32,786 bases of DNA, taken from Erysipelotrichaceae bacterium. GTDB lineage: Bacteria; Bacillota_I; Bacilli_A; Erysipelotrichales; Erysipelotrichaceae. This document shows positions 25,003 through 32,786 of the stretch, in pieces. The notes under the pieces were generated by a model. That model worked only from the letters and a program-made list of their open reading frames with translations. It was not told where the DNA came from and did not search any database. The translations under genes and the position numbers were made by a program. The stretch is taken from positions 1 through 32,786 of the forward strand of contig JAFONG010000108.1 in assembly GCA_017418585.1 (NCBI GenBank). The letters are read 5' to 3'. Positions within the stretch are counted from its first letter, which is position 1; every line of letters starts with the position of its first letter.

Positions 25003-25793
25003 AGTTCTCTGATTTTCCTTTCCAGTTCATCTCTTAATGCTTCTCTCATCTCTTCGTTTGCGATAATATCCGTGATCGGCAGCAGATAGCCCAGTGAAAT
25101 CAGCATCGTACATTCCTTCATGTTCAGTCCTCTGGACATCATGTAGTAAAGCTGATTCTCGTCGACCCGTCCGATCGACATGGCATGGGATGCTTCGACG
25201 TCGTTTTCGTCGATCAGCAGTTCAGGAAGTATCGTCGTATTCTGTCCTTCCTCAAAAGAAAGCGCTCTTGATACCTGATGGCTCTTGGATCTTTTTGCTC
25301 CATTAATGATCTTTCCTACCGCATCGATCATCAGTTTACCGTCTTTCAAGACAACGGCATAGTTCTTTATCTCCGCAGATGTTCTTTCAGCGCTGTTTAC
25401 CGCAAACATCCGGTAGTCTTTTCTGTTTCTGACCAAAGAAGCGCTGCTTAAATCGGCGTGAGCCGAGCTGCCGCTTAGTTCAACCTGTACATTTCTTGAG
25501 GTATCTCCCTCATTGCATTCGCCGTAAGCTAGGCTAAGGCTTCCGTCTCTTTCGACTTCGTAGGATTCGTCTGTTTCAATCCTCTTATCCGTATCATTCC
25601 AGAAAAGAATGGCAACATCCTTTTCTTCCGGAACTTTTCCGTGAATTTTGATTTTTCCGGCGTTTCTGATTCTGAAAAAGAGATTTCCCGAACCGTTGAT
25701 GTCCAGTTCGAGATTTAGATCCGTATCGGTATCAATATCGACCGTCTGAAAACCCCCGTTCAGTTCTATTCTGCTATCCTGTCTGATGATCAT
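24990..25793 (-). CDS. sufD: SufD, unusually short (267 aa)
   Basis: The C-terminal half matches the SufB/SufD family (H.S..A..D.NQLYYMMSRGL....C..L...G). Located between sufC and sufS. ATGA overlap with sufC. Confidence 0.8.
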   Translation of the reverse strand: MIIRQDSRIELNGGFQTVDIDTDTDLNLELDINGSGNLFFRIRNAGKIKIHGKVPEEKDVAILFWNDTDKRIETDESYEVERDGSLSLAYGECNEGDTSRNVQVELSGSSAHADLSSASLVRNRKDYRMFAVNSAERTSAEIKNYAVVLKDGKLMIDAVGKIINGAKRSKSHQVSRALSFEEGQNTTILPELLIDENDVEASHAMSIGRVDENQLYYMMSRGLNMKECTMLISLGYLLPITDIIANEEMREALRDELERKIRELCLM

Positions 25794-26623
25794 TTTTTAC
25801 CTTCCAGGCTTTCTCTTACTGCACAGGATCCGATAGAAATCCTTGTTTTCTCCTGTTTCTGCTGCTTCTCGGGCTCGATACCGTAATCTCTATAGATCCA
25901 GTCGTATCCTTCCTTGTCGATTCGCTCATACAGCTCAGGACCGCCGTTCAGCGCGATCCTTCCGTTCACCAGAACATGAGTAAACTCCGGTCTGATCAGC
26001 TCCAGAAAACGTTCGTAATGAGAGACGATGATCAAAGACATGTCGTTTTCTTTTCTGATGCTGTTGATGGCATCGGCTACGATCTTGATCGCATCGACAT
26101 CCAGACCGCTGTCGATCTCATCCAGCATTGCAAGAGAGGGTTTCAGCATTTCCATCTGAACGATCTCGTTCCTTTTCTTTTCTCCTCCGGAAAAGCCCTC
26201 ATTCAGAAAACGGTGCGCCAGGTCTTCGTTCATCTGCAGATCGGATATCGTCTTGTCTATCTGCTTGATGAACTGGAACAGCGAGATCGGCGTTTCTCTT
26301 CTGACGTTGATCGCAGCCCTCAGAAAGTCGCTGTTGGTAACGCCCGGTATCTCCTGCGGATACTGCATGCCCAAAAACAGACCGGCAATGCTTCTTTCAT
26401 TGACAGGCATCTTCAGTACATCCTTGCCATCATACATGACAGAACCTTCCGTTACGGTATAACGCGGATCTCCCATGACTGCCGCAAGCAGCGTAGACTT
26501 TCCGTTGCCGTTCGGTCCCATCAGGGCATGAGCTTCACCCTGATGCACAGTCAGATCGACGCCTTTTAATATTTCCTTATCTTCAACAGATACATGAAGA
26601 TTACTGATTTCTAAAGTTTTCAT
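25790..26623 (-). CDS. sufC: Fe-S cluster assembly ATPase SufC
   Basis: Walker A GPNGNGKST, ABC signature FSGGEKKR, Walker B LAMLDEIDSGLD. ATG at 26623 behind SD AAAGGTGA is preferred over the track's start at 26647. Confidence 0.93.
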   Translation of the reverse strand: MKTLEISNLHVSVEDKEILKGVDLTVHQGEAHALMGPNGNGKSTLLAAVMGDPRYTVTEGSVMYDGKDVLKMPVNERSIAGLFLGMQYPQEIPGVTNSDFLRAAINVRRETPISLFQFIKQIDKTISDLQMNEDLAHRFLNEGFSGGEKKRNEIVQMEMLKPSLAMLDEIDSGLDVDAIKIVADAINSIRKENDMSLIIVSHYERFLELIRPEFTHVLVNGRIALNGGPELYERIDKEGYDWIYRDYGIEPEKQQKQEKTRISIGSCAVRESLEGKK

Positions 26624-26730
26624 ATCATCACCTTTTTCCGAAATCATTATACCCCCTATTCCCGTTTTCCTGCCGATTTATTATCCAACTGGGCCTTTTG
26701 TGAACTTTAACTGAATTCTGAATTTTGAAA

Positions 26731-26759
26731 TTGTATTAATATAAAAAAGATATTACAAT
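26731..26759 (+). promoter_or_regulatory. Candidate promoter TTGTAT-17-TACAAT for the prsA-like operon
   Basis: TTGTAT at 26731-26736, a 17-nt spacer, TACAAT at 26754-26759. SD GGAGGA at 26771-26776. Confidence 0.4.
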
Positions 26760-26781
26760 ATATAACGTTTGGAGGATTTAT

Positions 26782-27795
26782 ATGGATAAAAAAGAATTAT
26801 TAAAAAAATACTGGTTTATCTGTCTGATCGCTGTAGCCCTGCTGGTGTTTATCGGCATCTATGCAGCAGATTCCTATAAGAACAGAGAAATCACCGTATC
26901 GAACAAACAGATCGACGGCAAGTATGTCGTCTATACGGTCGACGGTGAACCGGTATATGCGGATGACTTCTACGAGAATCTTTATGCGGCTGCCGGTCAG
27001 ACTCAGGCTGTCGTAGCTTATGAAAGAGCGGTCTTTGAAGCCGGTATTGAAACGACCGAGGAAATGAAAAACAACGCTGCTGCCTATGCGGCAACGATTC
27101 TTCAATCATATTCTCAGGATTACGTTCTCTCTTCATTAAAGGCCATGGGTTATACCAACGGTCTGGATGATCTGACACAGTACTATATCGATGCCCAGAA
27201 ACAGGATCAGCTGATCAGAGATTACGTTACGGCAAATACGGATGCCTATATCGTTCCGACACTTGGAACCAACGGCAGGATCATCTATCATATACTGATT
27301 CAGTGTGAAACGGAACCTGTCTATGACGAAGAAGGCAATGTCGTAGAGTATACGGCAAATCCGACCATGGAGCAGAGCGCCGCTTTGAACAATGTCCTGG
27401 AGTATCTTAAGGATGAAAACAATACCTTTGAATATGCCGCCTATCAGTTCTCTGATGATACCGGTTCAAAGGAAAACGGCGGTTACATCGGAGCCATCAA
27501 TGAAGAAAACGCCGCAAATTACGACGAGATGTTTGCGAAAGCCGCTATGGCACTTGAAGATGACGAAGTATCGAATGTCGTAGTATCGCAGTTCGGTTAC
27601 CATATCATCAAAAACGCCGGTTCTACCGTTGAAAAAGCCCTTAATGACTACTACTTCCTTTCCAATCTGGAAAACAGTAATCCGGATCTGGCGTTAAAGG
27701 CCATCCTGGAAAAAGGCACTGAACTTGGCTTTGAAATCAAGGACGAAAAACTGCTCAACAGCATCAGCAGTCAGCTGGAAAGCGAGGAGAACTAA
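26782..27795 (+). CDS. PrsA-like foldase: N-terminal TM anchor, SurA_N-like chaperone region, parvulin PPIase domain
   Basis: TM helix YWFICLIAVALLVFIGIYA. Parvulin signatures IIYHILIQ ... GGYIG ... FGYHIIK. Size 337 aa. Confidence 0.8.
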   Translation: MDKKELLKKYWFICLIAVALLVFIGIYAADSYKNREITVSNKQIDGKYVVYTVDGEPVYADDFYENLYAAAGQTQAVVAYERAVFEAGIETTEEMKNNAAAYAATILQSYSQDYVLSSLKAMGYTNGLDDLTQYYIDAQKQDQLIRDYVTANTDAYIVPTLGTNGRIIYHILIQCETEPVYDEEGNVVEYTANPTMEQSAALNNVLEYLKDENNTFEYAAYQFSDDTGSKENGGYIGAINEENAANYDEMFAKAAMALEDDEVSNVVVSQFGYHIIKNAGSTVEKALNDYYFLSNLENSNPDLALKAILEKGTELGFEIKDEKLLNSISSQLESEEN

Positions 27796-27796
27796 G

Positions 27797-28663
27797 ATGA
27801 AAAAAGGATTAACAATCATTTTAACCGCACTGCTTCTGTCTGCGTGTTCTTCAAAAAACATATATTCTTATCTTAGCAACGGCGATGATCCGATCTTTAC
27901 CGGACCGAATGTTACTTATACATACAACGATCTGTACAAATCCTTAAAGGTCAGCTCCGGTGATGAGATCGAAAACCAGATCCTGCTATCGATCGCGGAT
28001 ACATATGAAATCGATAGAGAAGAGCTGGAAAACCAGGCACAGGAAGCGATAGATCTGTATGTTTCTCTGGGTTATGAAGAATATCTGACCAGTTACTACG
28101 GTTCCCTGGATGCCTATAAGGAAATATATGTTTCCAATCTGATCCTGAATGAACTGTCCAAGATCTATGTTGAGGAAAACTATACGGCCTTAAAAGAATC
28201 AGATCTTCCGGTAAAAATGCAGCTTGCTTCATTCGATACCCAGGAAGATGCTCAGAAATGTATCGACGATTTCAACGGCGGTTCTACGTTCGATATGGCT
28301 GCCATCAACAACAACAGTCTGAATACGCCGCAGAGCACGGTATATGTAGATTCCGATTCTTCTCTGGTTTATGAAATCAAAGAATATCTGAATTCAACGG
28401 ATACCACAGGCATTTCTTCTATCATTACCGCAACGTCCATGTCTAAGGATGATGATGGAAATGATGTTGAATCCCATACTTACTATTTATTGAATGTCGA
28501 AAGCAGAGACGCCGATGAATTCAAGGAAGACTACATCAATGTAGCCGCTGCCAATGCATCTCTGGAAACTGTAAACAAGTATTTCCTGACATCTCATGAA
28601 CTGGAATTCTTTGATCAGGACATCTATGAACTCATGTCAGGAAACTATGAGGAACTGAAGTAA
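27797..28663 (+). CDS. Lipoprotein, PrsA-like with a degenerate parvulin-like region
   Basis: True start is ATG 27797 after SD GAGGAGA. Signal peptide MKKGLTIILTALLLSAC has the lipobox LSAC. The layout parallels the upstream gene, but the HIL and FGYHI motifs are replaced (MQLASF, HTYYLLNV). Confidence 0.7.
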   Translation: MKKGLTIILTALLLSACSSKNIYSYLSNGDDPIFTGPNVTYTYNDLYKSLKVSSGDEIENQILLSIADTYEIDREELENQAQEAIDLYVSLGYEEYLTSYYGSLDAYKEIYVSNLILNELSKIYVEENYTALKESDLPVKMQLASFDTQEDAQKCIDDFNGGSTFDMAAINNNSLNTPQSTVYVDSDSSLVYEIKEYLNSTDTTGISSIITATSMSKDDDGNDVESHTYYLLNVESRDADEFKEDYINVAAANASLETVNKYFLTSHELEFFDQDIYELMSGNYEELK

Positions 28664-29058
28664 TGTGTATCTTCTGTAAAATCATTGAAGGAGAGATTCC
28701 TTCGAGAAAAGTCTACGAAGATGATGACATTCTGGCTATCCTGGACATATCGCAGACGACCAGGGGTCATACCCTGGTTATGCCGAAAAAACACTATGAC
28801 GACTTTCTGCAGATGCCTGAGAAGGAATTCGGAGCTCTGATGGAAAAGGTACAGCAGATCGCTGATCGTATCGTCAAGAAAATGAATGCCAAAGGATGCA
28901 ACATTCTGATCAATACCGGTGAAACAGCCGGACAGACAGTCAGACATGCCCATGTCCATATCATTCCAAGATACGATGAAAACGATACGGTAAGCTTCAG
29001 CTTTACGGAGAATCAGTACGATCTGGATGAAATCCTGAAAAAGATAAAAGAAAACTGA
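28663..29058 (+). CDS. hit: HIT-family nucleotide hydrolase (Hint-like)
   Basis: N-terminal CIFCKI and the histidine triad HAHVHIIPR. TAATG overlap with the upstream gene. Confidence 0.92.
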   Translation: MCIFCKIIEGEIPSRKVYEDDDILAILDISQTTRGHTLVMPKKHYDDFLQMPEKEFGALMEKVQQIADRIVKKMNAKGCNILINTGETAGQTVRHAHVHIIPRYDENDTVSFSFTENQYDLDEILKKIKEN

Positions 29059-29080
29059 GTGTAAACTCAGTTTTTTTATT
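29051..29080. terminator. Bidirectional terminator between hit (+) and ymdB (-)
   Basis: A 10-bp stem AAAACTGAGT / ACTCAGTTTT, loop GTAA, with T runs on both strands. Confidence 0.8.
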
Positions 29081-29858
29081 CCGGTCTTATCTGTAATCTT
29101 TGGATATTTACAGGAACCTTCTTTTTGTCGTCGATTTCAATCACGACACCGCACAGGATTCCGGCTCCGGAAGCGATCTTGTAGACCGTCTTCTCTTTTT
29201 CGATTCCCGCCTTGATCGATTCCTCGATGTCTCTGCCGATGATTGAACAGTAGGCACCGCACATGCCCACATCGGTAATGAACGCGCATTCATGAATGAT
29301 GGCCTCATCGGCTGTCTGAACATGAGTATGCGTTCCAATGACGACTTTAGCCTCATCCTTGAAATATTCCAGAAATAGTCTTTTTTCTGCGGTCGTCTCG
29401 GCATGCAGGTCAACGAAATAGAAATCCGGCTCCAGCTGTCTGGTTTTTTCCAGTACTGTTCTAAAAGCCGTATACGGATCGCTGCCGGCTTCAGGCATCA
29501 GTACAGATCCCAGAATATTCGTCAGACAGATCTTCATTCCTTTGTAGGAAATCAGCTTGTAGTAGTTGTCTGTCGTTCTTTTGGAATGATTATACGGAAC
29601 AATCAGCCTGTCCATGTCATCGATATGATCGTATATTTCAGCCTTAGAGAAGGTATGATTTCCCATCGTAATGTAGTCGATGCCTTCATTCAGCAGCTGC
29701 TTATAGATCTTATAGGTAATTCCCTTTCCATGGGCCGCATTCTCAGCGTTCACGATCACCAGATCTGCCTGATAATCTTTCTTTAAATCATATAAAAGCG
29801 AAGAGACAATGTCTCTTCCGCTTTTTCCAACAATATCGCCTAAAAAAAGTATCCTCAT
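29076..29858 (-). CDS. ymdB: YmdB-type metallophosphoesterase (2',3'-cyclic-nucleotide 2'-phosphodiesterase, TIGR00282)
   Basis: [25 protein letters not shown] and GNH motifs. Lies immediately downstream of rny, as in Bacillus. Size 260 aa. Confidence 0.92.
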   Translation of the reverse strand: MRILFLGDIVGKSGRDIVSSLLYDLKKDYQADLVIVNAENAAHGKGITYKIYKQLLNEGIDYITMGNHTFSKAEIYDHIDDMDRLIVPYNHSKRTTDNYYKLISYKGMKICLTNILGSVLMPEAGSDPYTAFRTVLEKTRQLEPDFYFVDLHAETTAEKRLFLEYFKDEAKVVIGTHTHVQTADEAIIHECAFITDVGMCGAYCSIIGRDIEESIKAGIEKEKTVYKIASGAGILCGVVIEIDDKKKVPVNIQRLQIRPE

Positions 29859-31402
29859 TATTTCGCTGTTTCGGAAGCCCTCGTTTCACGGATAACCGTT
29901 ACTTTGATCTGGCCCGGATAAGTCAGTTCGTTTTCAATACGTTCTTTGATCTCTCTGGCAATGACGGCACACTTGGCATCCGTAACTCTTTCCGGAACGA
30001 CCATGACTCTGACTTCACGGCCTGCCTGGATGGCATAGGCCTTGTCTACGCCGTCATATTCATTGGCGATCTTTTCCAGAGCTTCCAGTCTGTTGATGTA
30101 GTTTTCGATACCTTCATATCTGGCACCTGGTCTAGCCGCGGATAATGTATCGGCTGCAGCTACCAGAATGGATATCAGGTTGTCTGCAGGAACATCTCCA
30201 TGGTGAGATTCGATTGCATTGACGACTTCACGGCGTTCACCGTGTTTCTTGGCGATCCTGGCACCCAGTTCAACGTGCGTTCCTTCCTGTTCGAAGTCCA
30301 CGGCCTTGCCGATGTCATGAAGCAGACCGGCTCTTTTTGCCAGATTCTGATTCAGACCCAGTTCGGCAGCCATCATACCCGCAAAGGATGCAACTTCAAT
30401 GGAGTGCTCCAGACCGTTCTGACCGTAGGAATATCTGTAACGCATTCTGCCGATCAGCTTGACAAGTTCCTTGTCCATCTTGCCGATCTGCAGCTTGAAA
30501 CAGGCGTCCTCGCCGTACTTGGTGATGTTTTCATCCATTTCCTTCGTCGTTTTTGCAACAACGTCTTCAATTCTTCCCGGCTGAATCCTGCCGTCTCTGA
30601 TCAGCGTTTCCAGAGAGAGTCTGGCGATCTCTCTTCTGATCGGATCAAAGCAGGAAACGGTGATCGCTTCCGGCGTATCGTCAATGATCAGGTCAACACC
30701 GGTAGCCTGTTCGATCGCTCTGATGTTTCTGCCTTCACGTCCGATGATTCTTCCCTTCATCTCTTCGGAAGGAAGCGTCACGACTGAAACGGTCCTATCA
30801 AGCGATTCATCCTGAGAATACCTCTGAATCGCCGTAGCGATGATCTCACGGGCATTCTCCGCCGCTTTTTCTTTTGCTTCTTCTTCTTTGTCACGGATGT
30901 AGACAGCTACTTCATCGGCCATCTTCGTCTCCACGACATCCATCAGTTCTTTACGTGCTTCTTCCTCACTCATGTTGGAAACACGTTCCAAAAGCGCAAT
31001 CTGTCCATCGATTCGAGATTGCAAATCCTGTTCCATTTTATCCAGTTGAACAGCCTTGTCTTCAGCTTTTCTTAATTTTTCGTCTAATTTACGCTCTTTT
31101 TGTGTCAGATTTTCATCACGGAAATTAAGTGAATCCTCTCTTCTCTGCAGCTTGCTTTCCTGCTCCAGGATCTCACTCTTCTTTTCTTTGATTTCTTTTT
31201 CAGCCTGCAGCTTCAGATCGTATACCTGTGTTTTCCCCTCTAAAACCGCCTGTTTAACCGTATTCTTAGCCTGATTATTCGCTTCGTCCAAGACTTTCTG
31301 GGCTTCCTTTTTAGCATTTTTACCCGTTAAAGAGTATGCCAGCAATACTAACAGTGCCCCAGCAACTAATCCGATAAAAATGGAAAGTACATCAATTCTC
31401 AT
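29858..31402 (-). CDS. rny: Ribonuclease Y
   Basis: N-terminal TM helix, coiled-coil KE-rich region, KH domain ([12 protein letters not shown]), HD domain (LLHDIGK). Size 514 aa. SD GGAGG. Confidence 0.96.
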   Translation of the reverse strand: MRIDVLSIFIGLVAGALLVLLAYSLTGKNAKKEAQKVLDEANNQAKNTVKQAVLEGKTQVYDLKLQAEKEIKEKKSEILEQESKLQRREDSLNFRDENLTQKERKLDEKLRKAEDKAVQLDKMEQDLQSRIDGQIALLERVSNMSEEEARKELMDVVETKMADEVAVYIRDKEEEAKEKAAENAREIIATAIQRYSQDESLDRTVSVVTLPSEEMKGRIIGREGRNIRAIEQATGVDLIIDDTPEAITVSCFDPIRREIARLSLETLIRDGRIQPGRIEDVVAKTTKEMDENITKYGEDACFKLQIGKMDKELVKLIGRMRYRYSYGQNGLEHSIEVASFAGMMAAELGLNQNLAKRAGLLHDIGKAVDFEQEGTHVELGARIAKKHGERREVVNAIESHHGDVPADNLISILVAAADTLSAARPGARYEGIENYINRLEALEKIANEYDGVDKAYAIQAGREVRVMVVPERVTDAKCAVIAREIKERIENELTYPGQIKVTVIRETRASETAK

Positions 31403-31451
31403 ATGTATATACCTCCATTTATTAAAACATTTGTGGATAAAATCCTTTTAA

Positions 31452-31480
31452 ATTGTACAATATTGGCAGGATTTTCACAA
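31452..31480 (-). promoter_or_regulatory. Candidate promoter TTGTGA-17-TACAAT for rny-ymdB
   Basis: Read on the - strand: TTGTGA (31480-31475), a 17-nt spacer, TACAAT (31457-31452), then a leader of about 45 nt. Confidence 0.35.
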
Positions 31481-31510
31481 TATTTAACAGTAAAGATCGG
31501 TACTGAATGC

Positions 31511-31538
31511 ATAAAAAAACGAGGCTTAATCCTCGTTT
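31511..31538 (-). terminator. Rho-independent terminator after recA
   Basis: Stem AAACGAGG / CCTCGTTT (31517-31538). The recA TAA stop lies in the loop. A T run follows on the - strand. Confidence 0.8.
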
Positions 31539-32557
31539 TTCTTGTACATTGCTTCTTTGATCTGGGCCGTGATCTTTTCATCGATGTCCGGATTGGCCTG
31601 CAGGTAGGCTCTTACCGCATCGGTACCCTGGCCGATCTTTTCTCCATTATAGGAATACCAGGAACCTGATTTTTCTATGATGCCCATGTCAACACCGAGA
31701 TTGACGATTTCGGATAGATGGGAAATACCTTCGCCATAGTAGATTTCAACCTGACAGGTCTTGAACGGCGGTGCAACCTTGTTTTTAGCGACTTTGACGT
31801 TGACCTTGTTGCCAATCACTTCCTGACCGTCCTTGATGGCTTCGGATTTTCTGACTTCCAGACGGATCGTCGCATAGAACTTAAGGGCACGGCCGCCAGT
31901 CGTCGTTTCCGGATTGCCGAACATGACACCTACTTTTTCTCTCAGCTGGTTGATGAAAATCGTCGTACAGCCGTTGGCGTTCATCGCTCCGGCAAGTTTA
32001 CGCATGGCTTTTGACATCAGACGGGCATGGAGACCGATATTGGAATCACCCATTTCGCCGTCCAGTTCGGCCTGCGGAACAAGTGCCGCAACAGAGTCGA
32101 TGACGATCAGATCGATTGCACCGGATTTGATCAGCACTTCAGCGATCTCCAGAGCCTGTTCGCCGGAATCCGGCTGAGACAGAATCAGTTCGTCGACATC
32201 TACACCCAGCGCTTTCGCATATCTTGGATCGATCGCATGCTCTGCATCGATGAAGGCAGCCTTTCCGCCGCCTTTCTGACATTCTGCGATGCATTGCAGA
32301 GCCAGCGTTGTCTTGCCAGATGATTCCGGCCCGTAGATCTCGATGATCCTTCCTCTAGGAAGACCTCCTACGCCCAAAGCATAGTCGATCGCAAGAGAAC
32401 CGGTAGAGATCGCATCCACGTCCACAAAGGCATGCTCGCCCAGTTTCATGATCGAACCTTTGCCGTACTGTTTCTCGATCGTTTTTAGCGCTTCATTCAG
32501 CAGCTGTTCCTTTCTGCTGTCAGATACTTCGATGTTTTCTTCTTCTTTTTTTGCCAT
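31526..32557 (-). CDS. recA: Recombinase RecA
   Basis: Walker [17 protein letters not shown], and L2-type [18 protein letters not shown]. Size 343 aa. SD AGGAGGAA. Confidence 0.98.
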   Translation of the reverse strand: MAKKEEENIEVSDSRKEQLLNEALKTIEKQYGKGSIMKLGEHAFVDVDAISTGSLAIDYALGVGGLPRGRIIEIYGPESSGKTTLALQCIAECQKGGGKAAFIDAEHAIDPRYAKALGVDVDELILSQPDSGEQALEIAEVLIKSGAIDLIVIDSVAALVPQAELDGEMGDSNIGLHARLMSKAMRKLAGAMNANGCTTIFINQLREKVGVMFGNPETTTGGRALKFYATIRLEVRKSEAIKDGQEVIGNKVNVKVAKNKVAPPFKTCQVEIYYGEGISHLSEIVNLGVDMGIIEKSGSWYSYNGEKIGQGTDAVRAYLQANPDIDEKITAQIKEAMYKKNED

Positions 32558-32598
32558 ATATTCCTCCTAATCATTATTCCCGGAATTTCGGCCTATTC

Positions 32599-32786
32599 CT
32601 ACATGGATTCGAAAATGTAATCTCTAACCTGCATGAAATACGAATATCCTCCGGCTACGGATATAAAAGAAGTAAACCAGATCAGGATCTCGTCCACAGG
32701 CAGATACCACAGTTCAAAAGGCAGATTATTGAGAAGGATAATGATGATCGTGACCATCTGCAGTGCCGTTTTCAGTTTCCCTAAAA
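32599..32786 (-). CDS. pgsA: 3' fragment of CDP-diacylglycerol--glycerol-3-phosphate 3-phosphatidyltransferase
   Basis: The - strand frame is open from the window edge to TAG (32599-32601). It reads ..GKLKTALQMVTIIIILLNN...WFTSFISVAGGYSYFMQVRDYIFESM*, which resembles the PgsA C-terminus (GK.KT..QM, SG..Y). Its position upstream of recA fits Firmicute synteny. Confidence 0.6.
   Translation of the reverse strand, partial: LGKLKTALQMVTIIIILLNNLPFELWYLPVDEILIWFTSFISVAGGYSYFMQVRDYIFESM

Noticed and set aside
25976-26569. 197-aa + strand ORF inside sufC. Similar long antisense ORFs occur at 10733..11284, 30200..30787, 5352..5819, 22294..22713 and 1634..2113.
   Set aside because: All lie opposite strongly conserved genes. 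They are long only because stop codons are rare in those antisense frames. None has SD or promoter support.
26646-26651. TATAAT about 23 nt upstream of the sufC ATG, considered as the suf promoter
   Set aside because: The implied TSS would fall on or inside the SD (AAAGGTGA), and there is no -35 element. The suf promoter remains unassigned.
26711-26731. Tandem CTGAATT-CTGAATT repeat containing the palindrome AATTC-T-GAATT, in the divergent suf/prsA intergenic region, considered as a possible operator
   Set aside because: It is only 11 nt, lies in AT-rich DNA, and does not resemble the Fur/PerR-type boxes I know. It cannot be told apart from chance without comparative data.
32551-32784. 77-aa + strand ORF at the right edge
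   Set aside because: The opposite strand encodes a PgsA-like C-terminus ending at 32599, which fits pgsA-recA synteny. The + ORF begins inside the recA start region and has no SD.
1-32786. Search for CRISPR arrays, IS elements or transposases, integrases, prophage genes, toxin-antitoxin pairs and restriction or other defence modules
   Set aside because: I found no direct-repeat/spacer array, no terminal inverted repeats and no ORF with recognisable transposase, integrase, nuclease-defence or toxin motifs. Every ORF longer than 150 aa on the coding strand is accounted for by a housekeeping family, apart from the MurE-like gene, the PrsA-like lipoprotein and the membrane protein reported above.

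Overview
This window looks like a chromosomal core region of a low-GC Gram-positive (Bacillota-type) bacterium. The evidence is SufCDSUB gene order, a PASTA Ser/Thr kinase paired with a PP2C phosphatase, RNase Y with YmdB, FtsA-FtsZ, and an infC-rpmI-rplT operon with a leader. I cannot place it more finely by eye. About 40 genes are tightly packed, most on the minus strand, and nearly all are housekeeping.

Gene content, left to right:
- hypA 3' fragment, a frameshifted Cof-type HAD hydrolase, and tRNA-Glu(CUC)
- rplT-rpmI-infC
- ysnB-like phosphoesterase, trmL, a membrane protein, rdgB, phoH, a PfkB kinase
- rpsU (59 aa, absent from the ORF track)
- a MurE-like ORF, mtaB, rsmE, a CNNM/CorC transporter
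- ftsZ-ftsA, rpmB, rpe
- prkC, prpC, rlmN, rsmB, priA
- sufB-sufU-sufS-sufD-sufC
- two PrsA-like foldases and hit
- ymdB, rny, recA, and a pgsA 3' fragment

I see no CRISPR array, transposase, integrase, phage gene, toxin-antitoxin pair or recognisable defence module, and no clear novel multi-gene system.

The items most worth a second look are:
1. An intact MurE-family ORF whose catalytic motifs are almost all substituted. It sits inside a translation-related operon (rsmE-mtaB-X-rpsU).
2. Five genes (priA, ftsA, the HAD gene, the PfkB kinase, rdgB) that lack a Shine-Dalgarno sequence and carry a -10 box 6-9 nt upstream of the ATG. Elsewhere in the window SD sequences are strong. This suggests leaderless or near-leaderless mRNAs.
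3. A +1 frameshift that separates the catalytic DxDGT motif of the HAD hydrolase from the rest of the protein.
4. An infC gene that seems to need an AUA start codon, preceded by an attenuator-like leader.
5. An apparent several-fold excess of GATC sites across the window.

All family assignments come from motif recognition by eye. No database search was run.
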